Shown here: one piece after another, positions 48,885-58,402 of the stretch | How positions within the stretch are numbered: the stretch's first letter is position 1 | How the letters are laid out: each line of letters starts with the position of its first letter | NCBI GenBank assembly: GCA_034421515.1 | Contig: DAOUKH010000003.1 | Location: 29,691-93,690, forward strand | Direction: 5' to 3' | From: Dehalococcoidia bacterium | Lineage (GTDB): Bacteria; Chloroflexota; Dehalococcoidia; SHYB01 | DNA: 64,000 bases | Notes under the pieces: generated by a model | Databases searched by the model: none | Told to the model about the DNA's origin: nothing | What the model saw: the letters and a program-made list of their open reading frames with translations, nothing else | Made by a program: the position numbers and the translations under genes

Positions 48885-50426
48885 GTGAACAGCGCCTTTT
48901 CTCAGCGATGCCAGGCGGCGCTCACCCATCCGGTGACGCTGGCCGCAATCGCAGTGCTGGTGGTGAACGACCTGGCGCTGAAGGCGCTGTGGCCGTCGCC
49001 TTGGACGACGGGCAAGCTGAGCGACCTGGCGTGGGTCGTCTTCGCATCGCCCTTGCTGGCCTTCCTGCTGTCGTTGGCTACACCCAGGAATGCTTACGCG
49101 GAGCGGGCGGTCTTCGCGGCCGCCTACATAGGGCTCCCGCTCCTGTACGCCGCGTTCAACACCCTGGAACCGGTGCATGACTGGATCTCGAGCGGGCTGG
49201 GGCTGCTGGCGGGGAGGCCGACCGGAGGGACGCCGGACCCGACCGACTCGCTGGTCATTCCCCTAGGCTTGGCGGCGGCCCTCTGGGTCTGGCGCCGCGG
49301 CGCCGCCAATCAGAGCGACGTACGCCAGCGGCTCGTCTTGCTCACTGCCGGCTTCGCCGCGTTCGCGTCGGTGGCGAGCGGCCCACCTCCTCATGAGCTT
49401 GGGGTCGTAGACGTGGGCGTGGGAGAAGACGGTGTCCTCATCGCGCGCAGTGTGGACGGTCACGAGGGCCTCGTAGAACCGGAGGGTGGCCAGCACTACA
49501 TGAGCACCGACGGCGGTTCCTCATGGGGCGATGGGGAATGGGTCGACCGAGAGATAGCGGGGGCTATCGCGTGGGGCGGGCAGACCGCGGAAACTCCGCG
49601 AGGGACCTATTCCGTCAATACGACGGGTATCGCCCTGACTAGCGATGGCACGTCGGAAACCGTCTATTCCACGGAGTTCCTGGGAGACCCTGCCAACCGG
49701 TTGCAGCATGAAGTAGCCACCAAACGATTTAGTGAGCGGATGCTAAGGTTTTCCCCGCGAAGCATCGTCTATCACGAAGCAAGCGGCAACGTGATAGCGA
49801 CCTTGGGGCTCCAGGGCGTGGTTGTGGGTGACGCCGACGAGGTCTGGCAGAGGATAGCGGTGGGGCGCTACTCGCCGACGGACTTTTCGGCGAGCGGCAA
49901 GCTGCGGACCATCTTTTCCCGCGCCGCGTTCTGGTTCACCGGACTCGCGGTCGCCGCCTCCTTGACGGCGTCGGCATTGGCATTGGCGCGCGTGGCGCCG
50001 AACTGGGCGCTGGGAAGAATCCTCTTCGCCATCGCCGCCGCCACAGCAGCCATTGTCGCCTTGCTTCTCCTCTTCTCCACCGAGACCAGCACGCCGATCG
50101 GCGAGGGGGTCCTCAGGGAACCGGACATCCTGTTCACTTTTGGAGCGGTGATGATGTTGCTCTTCTCGCTGTGGTCGGCGCTGGCCGTCGCGGCGTCGAT
50201 CTTGCCGCGGCGACAGTATCTTCTCGCGGCGTTCGTCGCTCTGCTGGCGATGATGGCGCTCTTTGCGGTGTCCTTCTTGATTGCCATCGCGCAGGAGGTG
50301 CGTACCGCCAAATTGTTCGCCTTACTCCTTGTCTTCCTGGCCGCGGTCTCGTTCTACGTCTACCTTCGGAGGAAGCTGTCGGAGGAGCAACCGGCCTTGC
50401 CGGAGGGAGGGCCGCCCAGAGGGTGA
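48885..50426 (+). CDS. hypothetical polytopic membrane protein
   Basis: 513 aa; several TM helices at both ends and a central soluble region; lies between the tRNA-Lys and the terminase module. Confidence 0.45.
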   Translation: MNSAFSQRCQAALTHPVTLAAIAVLVVNDLALKALWPSPWTTGKLSDLAWVVFASPLLAFLLSLATPRNAYAERAVFAAAYIGLPLLYAAFNTLEPVHDWISSGLGLLAGRPTGGTPDPTDSLVIPLGLAAALWVWRRGAANQSDVRQRLVLLTAGFAAFASVASGPPPHELGVVDVGVGEDGVLIARSVDGHEGLVEPEGGQHYMSTDGGSSWGDGEWVDREIAGAIAWGGQTAETPRGTYSVNTTGIALTSDGTSETVYSTEFLGDPANRLQHEVATKRFSERMLRFSPRSIVYHEASGNVIATLGLQGVVVGDADEVWQRIAVGRYSPTDFSASGKLRTIFSRAAFWFTGLAVAASLTASALALARVAPNWALGRILFAIAAATAAIVALLLLFSTETSTPIGEGVLREPDILFTFGAVMMLLFSLWSALAVAASILPRRQYLLAAFVALLAMMALFAVSFLIAIAQEVRTAKLFALLLVFLAAVSFYVYLRRKLSEEQPALPEGGPPRG

Positions 50427-50499
50427 GGCGCGACCTTGCCGCCTTCGGCCCCGTTGGCCTTGCTTCGCCCCAAAATGGATTTTCGGCCGAAATGAGCTA

Positions 50500-50550
50500 T
50501 TGACAGCCTTGTCAAGGGGGTTTATCGTTAGAGTACAGAACGTACGTTCT
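50500..50550 (+). promoter_or_regulatory. sigma70-like promoter (TTGACA-N18-TATCGT) overlapped by a Cheo-type LexA box AGAACGTACGTTCT
   Basis: TTGACAgcctTGTCAA at 50500-50515; -10 candidates TATCGT (50524-29) or TAGAGT (50529-34); perfect 14-bp palindrome AGAACGTACGTTCT at 50537-50550 matches the Gram-positive/actinobacterial SOS box GAAC-N4-GTTC. Confidence 0.45.
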
Positions 50551-50593
50551 CTAGCGGGGCGGCCCAAAACGGCCCTCCGCGCACCCGCCGAAG

Positions 50594-50630
50594 ACCCGCT
50601 CCCCGCGAGCGGGTCTCGCGGTTTAAGGGG
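50594..50630 (+). terminator. GC-rich hairpin followed by a T-tract; candidate intrinsic terminator for the 48885..50426 gene
   Basis: GACCCGCTCG-CCC-CGAGCGGGTC stem followed by tcgcggttt. Confidence 0.3.
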
Positions 50631-50636
50631 CCTGCG

Positions 50637-50712
50637 GGTCGTGAGCTTCGTGAGCGTTCGTACAGGTAGGGCGTCGTGAGCGTCGTGAGCGCCATGAGCG
50701 TTCGTGAGCGCT
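50637..50712 (+). repeat. array of six CGTGAGCG-like direct repeats at roughly 9-10 bp spacing (iteron-like)
   Basis: cgtgagct/cgtgagcg/cgtgagcg/cgtgagcg/catgagcg/cgtgagcg between the promoter and the terminase small-subunit RBS. Confidence 0.4.
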
Positions 50713-50755
50713 TTTGACATGCGCGCGCCGCGAAGGCGCGGGAGGAGGGAGTCGA

Positions 50756-51565
50756 ATGGCAAGGGGTAAGAAGGGGCCGGCGCGGACGTCGAGGCGGCGG
50801 CGAGAGATGGAGGAACGGCAGCGGGTGTTTCTGGACGCGTTGCGGCGGACCGGGGATGCGGAGGCGGCAAGGGCGTCGATCGATGTCGGCGAGTCGACAG
50901 TGCGGCGATGGAGGGGGAAGGACGATGTGTTCCGAGCCGCGTACAAGGAGGCGCAGGGAGCCAAGGGGGCGGCTCCGGAGGGGCGGCCGAAATTCACGGG
51001 GCGGAAGCGGGTGTTCCTGGATGCATTCGAGCGGGCGGGGGTAGTAGCGGCGGCGCTGCGCGCGGCGGAGGCGACGGCGAAGGATCTGCGTCGATGGGTG
51101 CGGGATGACGCGGAGTTTCTGGACTCATACGTGGAGGCAAGGGGGCGCATCCGGGCGCGGGCCGACGAGGAGACGGAGCGACGGATCGCGGCAGGGGAGC
51201 AGGTCTCGGCAGCAGGGCGGAAGCGGGTCTTCTTGAAGCATCTGGCGAGCGTGGGCACGACGACGGGAGGCTGCGAGGCAGCGGGGATCACCTTGAAGAC
51301 GCTGAAGGAGTGGCTGGAGAGGGATGAGTTCGCGGAGGCGTTCGCGGAGGCGAAGCAGCGTTTCCGGGACCACATCGAGGAAGCGATCGTGCAGCGGATC
51401 GATGAAGGGAAGAACGGAGGGCTGCTCCAATTCAAGGCGCGGGCGGAGCTTCCTGAAAAGTACGGGAAGGGGGAAAAGACCCCGCCGAAGGAGCAGGCCG
51501 GCGTGACCTGGGAGGATATCGAGCGGGCAGCGAGGGAGCCATATGACGCGACAGGAGCGTGTTAA
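50756..51565 (+). CDS. phage terminase small subunit-like protein (three HTH-like repeats)
   Basis: GGAGGAGGGA RBS upstream; three copies of R(Q/K)RVFLDAL-x-GxxxxAxxxxxVxxxTxxRWRxxDxxFxxAYxEA, the motif of small-terminase DNA-binding domains. Confidence 0.55.
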   Translation: MARGKKGPARTSRRRREMEERQRVFLDALRRTGDAEAARASIDVGESTVRRWRGKDDVFRAAYKEAQGAKGAAPEGRPKFTGRKRVFLDAFERAGVVAAALRAAEATAKDLRRWVRDDAEFLDSYVEARGRIRARADEETERRIAAGEQVSAAGRKRVFLKHLASVGTTTGGCEAAGITLKTLKEWLERDEFAEAFAEAKQRFRDHIEEAIVQRIDEGKNGGLLQFKARAELPEKYGKGEKTPPKEQAGVTWEDIERAAREPYDATGAC

Positions 51566-52931
51566 GTTTGAGCGGCGGTGTCAAGACGACCCCGCGTTCT
51601 TCTTTCGGCACGTGCTCGGCTGGACGCCGTGGGCGAAGCAGGCGGAGATCGCGCGGGCGGTGGCGGAAGCGGTGCGCGGCGCGGGCCCGCGGCGGGTGGC
51701 GGTGCGGAGCGGGAACGGCGTGGGGAAGACGGCACTGGCGGCGCGGCTGATGCTGTGGGCGCTGCAGAGCCACCCCTCGAGCGTGGTGGTGACGACGGCG
51801 CCGACGCAGCGTCAGGTGACGGAGCTGCTGTGGCGGGAGGCGCGGTCGGCGTACTACCGGGCGCGGGTGCCACTGGGCGGGGTCTTCTACGAGGGGCAGC
51901 CGCGGTGGGACTTCGGGCCGCGGCGGTACGCGATCGGGGTGAGCCCGGAGCACACCCGGCCGGAGGCGTTCCAGGGCTTCCACGCCGACCTGATCGTGTT
52001 CCTGGTCGACGAGGCAAGCGGGGTGCCGGCGGCGCACTGGGAGGCGATCAAGGGGTCGCTGCTGGCGGGGAACGCGGCAGTGCTGGCGATCGGGAACCCG
52101 ACGCGGCTGGAGGGGGAGTTCTACGACGCCTTCCACGGCCAGGCTGCCCTGTGGCGGCGGCTGCACATCTCGGCGTTCGACACGCCGAACCTGACGGGCG
52201 GCGACGTGCCGGGCCTGGTGACACCGGCGGCGGTGGCCGAGGCGGCGCGGGACTGGGGCGAGGAGAGTCCGCTCTATCAGATCCGGGTGCTGGGCGAATT
52301 TCCCTCGGCGGCGAGCCATCAGCTCATCCGCTTCGAGTGGACCGAGCAGGCGGCGGAGGCCCCGTCGGCGGGCGGCGGCTTCGCCCTCGGCGTCGACGTG
52401 GCGCGGAGCGGCGAGGACGAGACGGCGGCGGTGCTGCTGGAAGGCAACCGCCTGGCGCGCCTGCAGCGCTGGCTGGGACAGAACACGATGCGGACCGTCG
52501 CCGAGATCAAGGGCCTCGTAGACGAGCTCGGCGAGGTGGCGGTCGCGGTGGACGACGGCGGGGTCGGCGGCGGCGTGGTCGACCGGCTGCGGGAGCTGGA
52601 CGTGCGGGTCTACGCGGTGAAGTTCGGGGCGGCGGCGGATGGGCGGTCGTCGGTGCATTTCAAGAACAAGCTCGCCGAGATGTACTGGCGGCTGCGCGAG
52701 CGCCTGGAGGCTGGGACGCTGCGGCTGCCGCAGGAAGCGTCGTTGACGGGAGGCGGCAAGCTCGCGGCGCAACTGGCGCAGATCGAGTGGGAAGTCGAGA
52801 GCGACCGGGTGATCCGGGTCCACAAGCGGGGTCTGTCGGGCCACGCGCCGAGCCCGGACATCGCGGACGCGCTCGCCTTGGCGCTGGAGGCGCAGGCGCG
52901 GTCGGAGCGCGGCGCGGGCGTGTGGTTTTAG
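51543..52931 (+). CDS. phage terminase large subunit
   Basis: Walker A GNGVGKT, Walker B LVFLVDEAS; C-terminal RNase-H-like nuclease region with acidic residues; overlaps the small-subunit gene. Confidence 0.8.
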   Translation: MTRQERVKFERRCQDDPAFFFRHVLGWTPWAKQAEIARAVAEAVRGAGPRRVAVRSGNGVGKTALAARLMLWALQSHPSSVVVTTAPTQRQVTELLWREARSAYYRARVPLGGVFYEGQPRWDFGPRRYAIGVSPEHTRPEAFQGFHADLIVFLVDEASGVPAAHWEAIKGSLLAGNAAVLAIGNPTRLEGEFYDAFHGQAALWRRLHISAFDTPNLTGGDVPGLVTPAAVAEAARDWGEESPLYQIRVLGEFPSAASHQLIRFEWTEQAAEAPSAGGGFALGVDVARSGEDETAAVLLEGNRLARLQRWLGQNTMRTVAEIKGLVDELGEVAVAVDDGGVGGGVVDRLRELDVRVYAVKFGAAADGRSSVHFKNKLAEMYWRLRERLEAGTLRLPQEASLTGGGKLAAQLAQIEWEVESDRVIRVHKRGLSGHAPSPDIADALALALEAQARSERGAGVWF

Positions 52932-52944
52932 GCGCCCTGCGGGC

Positions 52945-53020
52945 GCCCGCGCGCCTGTCGGCGCGCGCCCTCTCTCTAATCTCCCCCAGAGGGGGAGAGG
53001 TTTAAGAAGGGAGAAGAGGT
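52945..53020. repeat. palindromic intergenic repeat unit (after terminase large subunit)
   Basis: gccctctctctaatctcccccagagggggagaggtttaagaag, reverse orientation of the ctctgggggagactgagagagggc module. Confidence 0.55.
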
Positions 53021-53968
53021 CTAGAGGCGGGCGAGGACTTGGTTGGCGAAGGCGTGGAGGTTGCGGAGGTGGTCGTCGGGGGTGGTCCAGGTGAAGTTGA
53101 CGCCGAGGTTGGTGAAGCCGGCCTCGGCGTAGCGGTGGACGAGCTCGCGGACGGCCTCCGGGGTGCCTTCCGGGCCCTGCGCGGCGGGGCGTTCTCCGGC
53201 CTGCCTGCCGGTGACGTGGGACCGGGCGACGAGGGAGAGGGGGTCGGGCTCGCCGAAGAAGACCTCGTAGGCGAAGTCGAGGGCGTCGGCGTCGCGGCCG
53301 CGGGCCGTCACCGCCGCCTTGATACGGGCGACGTCGCCGGCGAGGCCCGGCAGCTCGCCAACCATGGGGATCCAGCCGTCGCCGAACTCCGCGACGCGGC
53401 GTTCCGCAGCCGGGCCGCTACCGCCGATCCAGAGCGGGACGTGCGGCTGCTGATAGCACTTGGGCTCAAAGGCGATGCTGCCGAAGCGGGTGTACTTGCC
53501 CTCAAACGACGGGGCGTCGCTGGTCCAAAGCTCGCGCATCGCCGCCAGGTATTCGTCGGTGACCGTGCCGCGCTCGGCGTGGGTCAGGCCGAGGACGCGG
53601 AACTCGCCGCGCATCCAGCCGACGCCCGTCCCCACGATCAGGCGGCCCTTGGAGACCTGGTCGAGCGTCGCGATCAGCTTCGCCGTCTGCACCGGCGGAC
53701 GGTACGGGGTCACCATGACGCTGAAAACGATTCGGATGCGTTCCGTCAGGGTCGCGAGGTGCGCGCCGAGCACGAAGTTGTCGTACCAGACGGTGCTCAC
53801 CGAGGGGGCGTCGGGGCGCACCGGCATGATGATGTGCTCAGGGAGGCGGACGCCCCAGAAGCCAAGCTCCTCCGCGGCCCGCACCGACCGCGCCAGCGGC
53901 TCGATGCCGCCCCAGCGGTCGTAGGGGAAGACGGGCATGGTGAAGTTGACGGCCTTTGCCTGGGGCAT
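53021..53968 (-). CDS. LLM-class F420-dependent / flavin-dependent oxidoreductase
   Basis: 315 aa; luciferase-like monooxygenase TIM-barrel pattern (GFWGVRLPEH..., LWIGGSG). Confidence 0.7.
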   Translation of the reverse strand: MPQAKAVNFTMPVFPYDRWGGIEPLARSVRAAEELGFWGVRLPEHIIMPVRPDAPSVSTVWYDNFVLGAHLATLTERIRIVFSVMVTPYRPPVQTAKLIATLDQVSKGRLIVGTGVGWMRGEFRVLGLTHAERGTVTDEYLAAMRELWTSDAPSFEGKYTRFGSIAFEPKCYQQPHVPLWIGGSGPAAERRVAEFGDGWIPMVGELPGLAGDVARIKAAVTARGRDADALDFAYEVFFGEPDPLSLVARSHVTGRQAGERPAAQGPEGTPEAVRELVHRYAEAGFTNLGVNFTWTTPDDHLRNLHAFANQVLARL

Positions 53969-54045
53969 GGCTGCTCCGCCCTCTCTCAGTCTCTCCCAGG
54001 GGGAGAGAGGCGTAAGGTGGCTTCTCCCAGAGAGAGAGGTTTAAG
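53969..54045. repeat. palindromic intergenic repeat unit (degenerate)
   Basis: ccctctctcagtctctcccagggggagagaggcgtaagg...ctcccagagagagaggtttaagg. Confidence 0.5.
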
Positions 54046-54460
54046 GCGAGGGGCGCTCGGCGATCGCTTGCTTGATGAAGTCGGCGATTTCGTGGGTGGG
54101 GCTGCCGGGGCCGAAGATGCCGGTGACGCCCATATCGCGGAGGCGGTCGTAGTCGTCCTCGGGGATGATGCCGCCGGCGACGATCAGGGCGTCGTCCTTG
54201 CCCTGGGCTTTCAGGCCGTCGACGATGAGGGGGAAGAGCTCGAGGTGCGCGCCCGAGAGGATGCTGAGGCCGACGACGTCGACGTCCTCCTGGACCGCCG
54301 CCTCGACGATCATCTCCGGGGTCTGCCGGATGCCGGTGTAGATGACCTCCATGCCGGCGTCGCGGAGGGCGCGGGCGATGACCTTCGCGCCTCGGTCGTG
54401 GCCGTCGAGGCCGGGCTTCGCCACCAGCACGCGAATCGTATCCTTCGGCGCGCTCACCAT
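54041..54460 (-). CDS. methylmalonyl-CoA mutase small subunit (cobalamin-binding domain)
   Basis: 139 aa; B12-binding DxHxxG motif ([10 protein letters not shown]) and Rossmann-like layout. Confidence 0.85.
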   Translation of the reverse strand: MVSAPKDTIRVLVAKPGLDGHDRGAKVIARALRDAGMEVIYTGIRQTPEMIVEAAVQEDVDVVGLSILSGAHLELFPLIVDGLKAQGKDDALIVAGGIIPEDDYDRLRDMGVTGIFGPGSPTHEIADFIKQAIAERPSP

Positions 54461-54493
54461 CGTCTCACCTCCGGCGTCCGCCCCCGCCGACGC

Positions 54494-54907
54494 TTACTCG
54501 CCCTCCTCGACCGGCGTGCAGAGCTCGGTCAGCACGCCCCTCGTGGCCTTGGGGTGCAGAAAGCCGACCATGCCGGCGAGCCCCGGGCGCGAGGTCTTGT
54601 CGATGAGCCGGACGCCCCTGCGGTCCAGGTCCGCGAGCTCGGCGTCGACGTCGTGGACCTCGAAGCAGATATGGTGCAGCGACTCGCCGCGCCGCTCGAG
54701 GAACTTGGCCACGCCGCCCTCGGGGTCGGTCGGCTCGATGAGCTCGATCTCGGCGTCGCCGACGGGGATCAGCGTCGCCTTCACCTGCTGCGACTCGACG
54801 AAGACGACCTCGGTGCGGGGCAGCCCCAGCACGTCGGCGTAGTCGCCGAGCGCCTCCTCGATGTCGTGCACCGCGAGGGCGATGTGATGCAGCTTCTTCA
54901 AGTTCAT
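54494..54907 (-). CDS. mce: methylmalonyl-CoA epimerase (VOC family)
   Basis: 137 aa; HHIALAVHDIEEAL...HHICFEVHDVDAEL paired VOC motifs; adjacent to the mutase B12 subunit. Confidence 0.75.
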   Translation of the reverse strand: MNLKKLHHIALAVHDIEEALGDYADVLGLPRTEVVFVESQQVKATLIPVGDAEIELIEPTDPEGGVAKFLERRGESLHHICFEVHDVDAELADLDRRGVRLIDKTSRPGLAGMVGFLHPKATRGVLTELCTPVEEGE

Positions 54908-55006
54908 AGCGCGTCCAGCCTCTGCTCCGAGAAATGCGGGCGCTATTGTACGACACCGCGCCGAAGGCTGCCCGCGCCGCGCCGGACGGGGCGCGGCGCG
55001 GGTGGG

Positions 55007-55807
55007 TCAGAGTCCTTGGAGGGCGGCGGTGCTGAAGACGACAGAGAAGGGTTTGCAGTAGATGACGACGCTGTTGAAGGCCGAGACGTCGACGCCCGCC
55101 GGGACCGTGTAGTTCTGGTTCCCCCGGTTGCCCTTGAGTCTGCCGAGGTCGAGGTACTCGCCCTGCTTCACCTCGTCCGGCCTCGCCGGGTCGGCGTGGG
55201 AGGACAAGATCACGTGGAGCGCCGGCCCGTTCGTGACCGAGAAGTTCTCCAGGCGGAGCAGGTGGCCGCCGCCGGGCGCGGTGTAGATGATGGCCTGACC
55301 GCTGCCGCGGTGGAAGCTGTCGGCGTCCTTGAAGTCGCCCTGCTTCAGCCGCTGGACTTCGCCCTCGGAGTCGGCGGCGGCTTTCATTGCGCCCATCGCG
55401 TCGCCGGCGGCGAGCATCGACCCGGCGTCCATGGCCGCTGCTTCGGGCAGCGCCTCCCGCATCAGCGGGTCGTCGACCATGGCCATGCCGGCCATCACGC
55501 CCTCGACGTCGGCCATCTCCATGCCCTCGGGCAGCACGGCGTTGACGGCGAAGGGGAACTCCTCCTCGACCGTGACGTTGATGAACAGCGGCGATCCAAG
55601 CGACCAGCCGAGCCAGAGCGTAAGGGCCAAGATCGGGACCGAAGCGATTCCGAAGGCCACGCGGTGGCGCAGGATGACCTGGTGCCAGCCCTGCCGATAG
55701 CCGTAGGCGAGGAGGGCGGCGATAAAGGCGATGGTGAGGCCGCCGATGAGCCAGCGGTACTCATAGAGGTTGGCGAGTGCACGTTCGACGTCACCGATGG
55801 TGGACAT
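55007..55807 (-). CDS. DM13-domain protein with N-terminal TM anchor
   Basis: C-terminal GSGQAIIYTAPGGGHLLRLENFSVTNGPALHVILS...NSVVIYCKPFSVVF matches DM13. Confidence 0.55.
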   Translation of the reverse strand: MSTIGDVERALANLYEYRWLIGGLTIAFIAALLAYGYRQGWHQVILRHRVAFGIASVPILALTLWLGWSLGSPLFINVTVEEEFPFAVNAVLPEGMEMADVEGVMAGMAMVDDPLMREALPEAAAMDAGSMLAAGDAMGAMKAAADSEGEVQRLKQGDFKDADSFHRGSGQAIIYTAPGGGHLLRLENFSVTNGPALHVILSSHADPARPDEVKQGEYLDLGRLKGNRGNQNYTVPAGVDVSAFNSVVIYCKPFSVVFSTAALQGL

Positions 55808-55951
55808 GACATTCCTCCGGCGTCCGCTGCCGTTCGTGTTGCGTTCATAGGGTAATACGAAGGCGGGCCGCCGGGCGGCTCCAATGGGCGGCTAGCCGCC
55901 GTCGTCGAGCATCGGGTAGGCTGTTTCGGACGTGGAGAAGGCAGGCGACGC

Positions 55952-57433
55952 TTGAACCAGGCCCCCGGCGCGCGGCGCGTCAGCATGTGGGCGATCTATC
56001 TCATCGTCGGGGCGGGCGTCTATGTGACCTCCGCCGACTTCGGCCTGATCAACATCGCCGTTCCCACGATCGCCAGCCGCTTCGACGCGGACCTGCCGAC
56101 GATCCAGTGGGTCGTGCTCGTGCACGTGCTGGTCACCGGGGCCTTCTTGCTCCCGGCGGGGGCGGTCGGCGACGCACTGGGGAAGAAGCGACTGTTCGTG
56201 GGCGGGTTCGCCCTGTTCGCCGCCGGCTCCGTCCTGTGCGCGGTCTCGGGAAACCTGGTGCTGCTCATCGCGGCGCGCGGCATCCAGGGGATCGGCGGCG
56301 GGGTGGTCACCGGCGTCGGGTGGGCGACGCTGGTCAACTCCGCGCCGCCGGAGCAGCGCGGGCGCACGCTGGGCTTCCTGACCGGGATGGTGGCGGTGGG
56401 GATGATTTCGGGGCCGGTCTTCGGCGGCCTGCTCGTCGACGCGCTCGACTGGCGCAGCGTCTTCATCTTCACCGGCGTGCTCGCCCTGTTCGGCACGGTC
56501 TTCGCTCACTTCCGGCTCGCGGACGACACTCCCGAAGACCCTCCCAGCGTGCGGCAGCTCGACTGGCTGGGCATGGCCCTCGCCGCCGGGGCCATCGTCG
56601 GGGCGATGCTGATGTTGACCTCCGGGCCGAGGACGGGCTGGGATTCCGCCATGGTGATCGTCCCCGGCGCCGCCGCGGGGTGCGCCGTCGCCGCGCTTGT
56701 GTTCGTCGAGCTGCGCCATCCCGTGCCCATGATCGACTTGCGGCTCTTCCGCAACCGGGCCTTTTCGATGGGCAGCCTGGGGATGTTCCTCACCTTCACC
56801 ACGCTGGCGATCACGCCGGTCATGCTGCCCTTCTACCTGCAGGGCGTGCTCGAATTCTCGCCCCGCGCCGCGGGACTCATCCTGGCGCCGCAGATGACGA
56901 TGCTCGCCCTCTTCGGGCCCATCGGCGGGCGCATCGCCGACCGGGTGGGGTCGCGGTGGCCGGCGGCCGCGGGCGCCTGCTGCATGTTGGCGGCCTACCT
57001 GATCTTCACGCGGTTGGACGCCGAGACGTCCCTGCTGTTCATCATCATTCCGCTCATGCTGCAAGGGATGGGGAATGGGATGTTGGGCCCCGCCAACAAC
57101 AGCGGGATCGTGAGCTCGGTCGGGGCGGCGCGGATGGGGGTGGCGACGAGCTTCGTCAACCTGTCACGGGCGAGCGGCCTGAACGTGGGTATCGCCCTCG
57201 CGACGATCGTGATCACGCTGGGCATCACCACCATGGGCGTCGACCCCGATATCGGCGTCTTCCGTGAGGAGGGGGCCGTTCCCGACCCGCGACTCGTCGA
57301 CGGCTTCGTGGCGGGCCTGAGCAACACGTACCTCGTCGCCGCCGGTCTCATCACCGCGGCGGGGATCCTGATCGTCACCGGCATGCCCCGGCGGCGCGTC
57401 GCTGAGGGTGCGGCGGCAAAGGAAGCAGCGTAG
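55952..57433 (+). CDS. MFS transporter, DHA2 (14-TMS drug:H+ antiporter) family
   Basis: About 14 TM helices; GxLaDrxGrR-like motif (GPIGGRIADRVGSR). Confidence 0.8.
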   Translation: MNQAPGARRVSMWAIYLIVGAGVYVTSADFGLINIAVPTIASRFDADLPTIQWVVLVHVLVTGAFLLPAGAVGDALGKKRLFVGGFALFAAGSVLCAVSGNLVLLIAARGIQGIGGGVVTGVGWATLVNSAPPEQRGRTLGFLTGMVAVGMISGPVFGGLLVDALDWRSVFIFTGVLALFGTVFAHFRLADDTPEDPPSVRQLDWLGMALAAGAIVGAMLMLTSGPRTGWDSAMVIVPGAAAGCAVAALVFVELRHPVPMIDLRLFRNRAFSMGSLGMFLTFTTLAITPVMLPFYLQGVLEFSPRAAGLILAPQMTMLALFGPIGGRIADRVGSRWPAAAGACCMLAAYLIFTRLDAETSLLFIIIPLMLQGMGNGMLGPANNSGIVSSVGAARMGVATSFVNLSRASGLNVGIALATIVITLGITTMGVDPDIGVFREEGAVPDPRLVDGFVAGLSNTYLVAAGLITAAGILIVTGMPRRRVAEGAAAKEAA

Positions 57434-57457
57434 GGTAGGCTGCCAACGGAGGGGAGC

Positions 57458-58378
57458 ATGGGGAACAGTCTCGAGGGGCACGTTGCCATCGTCACGGGGG
57501 CGAGCCGCGGGATCGGGCAGGCTATCGCCGTGCGGTTCGCGGCGGAAGGAGCCGCGGTCGTTGCCGTGGGGCGGGACGAGCAGCGGCGCAACAAGGAGAT
57601 GGTGGGTTCGCTCGACGAGACCCTTCAAATGGTCCGGCAGGCCGGCGGGGCAGCCATCGCGGCGCACCTGGACTTCGAGGACCTCGATTTCGACAAGGGC
57701 CGTGTCGTGCGGCAGGCGGAGGAGGCCTTCGGGGCTTCCGTCGACATCCTGGTGAACAACGCGGCGGCGCCCCGGGAGTTCGACAACGAGGGCTTCATCC
57801 CCTTCGCGGAGATGCCCCGCGACTTCTTCCTCCGCAGCGTCGCGGTCAATCTTTGGGCGGCCTGGGACCTGGCGAAGGCGGTGATTCCCGGCATGCGGAG
57901 CCGGGGCGCAGGGTGGGTGCTGTCGATCTCTTCTTCCCAGGCCGAGCCGCGCCCCAAGCCCGGCGGCGCGACGCCCATGAACCGTCTGGGTGGCGGCTGC
58001 CTCTATGGGAGCTCCAAGGCTTTCCTGGACCGCCTGTCCACCGGCGCAGCGATGGAGCTCTTCGAGGACAACATCGCCGTCAACACCCTGGCTCCGACCA
58101 GCTTCATCGAGACACCCCTCTCCCGAGGCGTGGTGAGCAGCGTACCGACGGGCGCCGGCCGGGAGCCGCTGGAGACCTTCGCCGAGGCGGCGTTGGCGCT
58201 GTGCTCGGGCGACCCCCGCGTCTTGACGAGCCGCGTCGTGTACAGTCTCCCGCTCCTGGCCGAGCTCGACCGGCCGGTCTACACGCTGGACGGCACGCGC
58301 CTGTACGAGGGGTGGCAGCCGTCGCACGACGATCCCCGGAAGGGGCGGGCGACCTATCTGGCGGCGCTGGGGCACTAG
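57458..58378 (+). CDS. SDR family oxidoreductase
   Basis: VTGASRGIGQAIA Rossmann motif, NNAA, S...YxxxK (YGSSKAF). Confidence 0.8.
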   Translation: MGNSLEGHVAIVTGASRGIGQAIAVRFAAEGAAVVAVGRDEQRRNKEMVGSLDETLQMVRQAGGAAIAAHLDFEDLDFDKGRVVRQAEEAFGASVDILVNNAAAPREFDNEGFIPFAEMPRDFFLRSVAVNLWAAWDLAKAVIPGMRSRGAGWVLSISSSQAEPRPKPGGATPMNRLGGGCLYGSSKAFLDRLSTGAAMELFEDNIAVNTLAPTSFIETPLSRGVVSSVPTGAGREPLETFAEAALALCSGDPRVLTSRVVYSLPLLAELDRPVYTLDGTRLYEGWQPSHDDPRKGRATYLAALGH

Positions 58379-58402
58379 GATGATGACGACAAGGAGGCAG
58401 GC

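Noticed and set aside
50637-50712. CGTGAGCG repeat array considered as a CRISPR array
   Set aside because: Units are 8-10 bp with no spacers of CRISPR size and no cas genes nearby. They are better explained as iteron-like or operator repeats in a promoter region.
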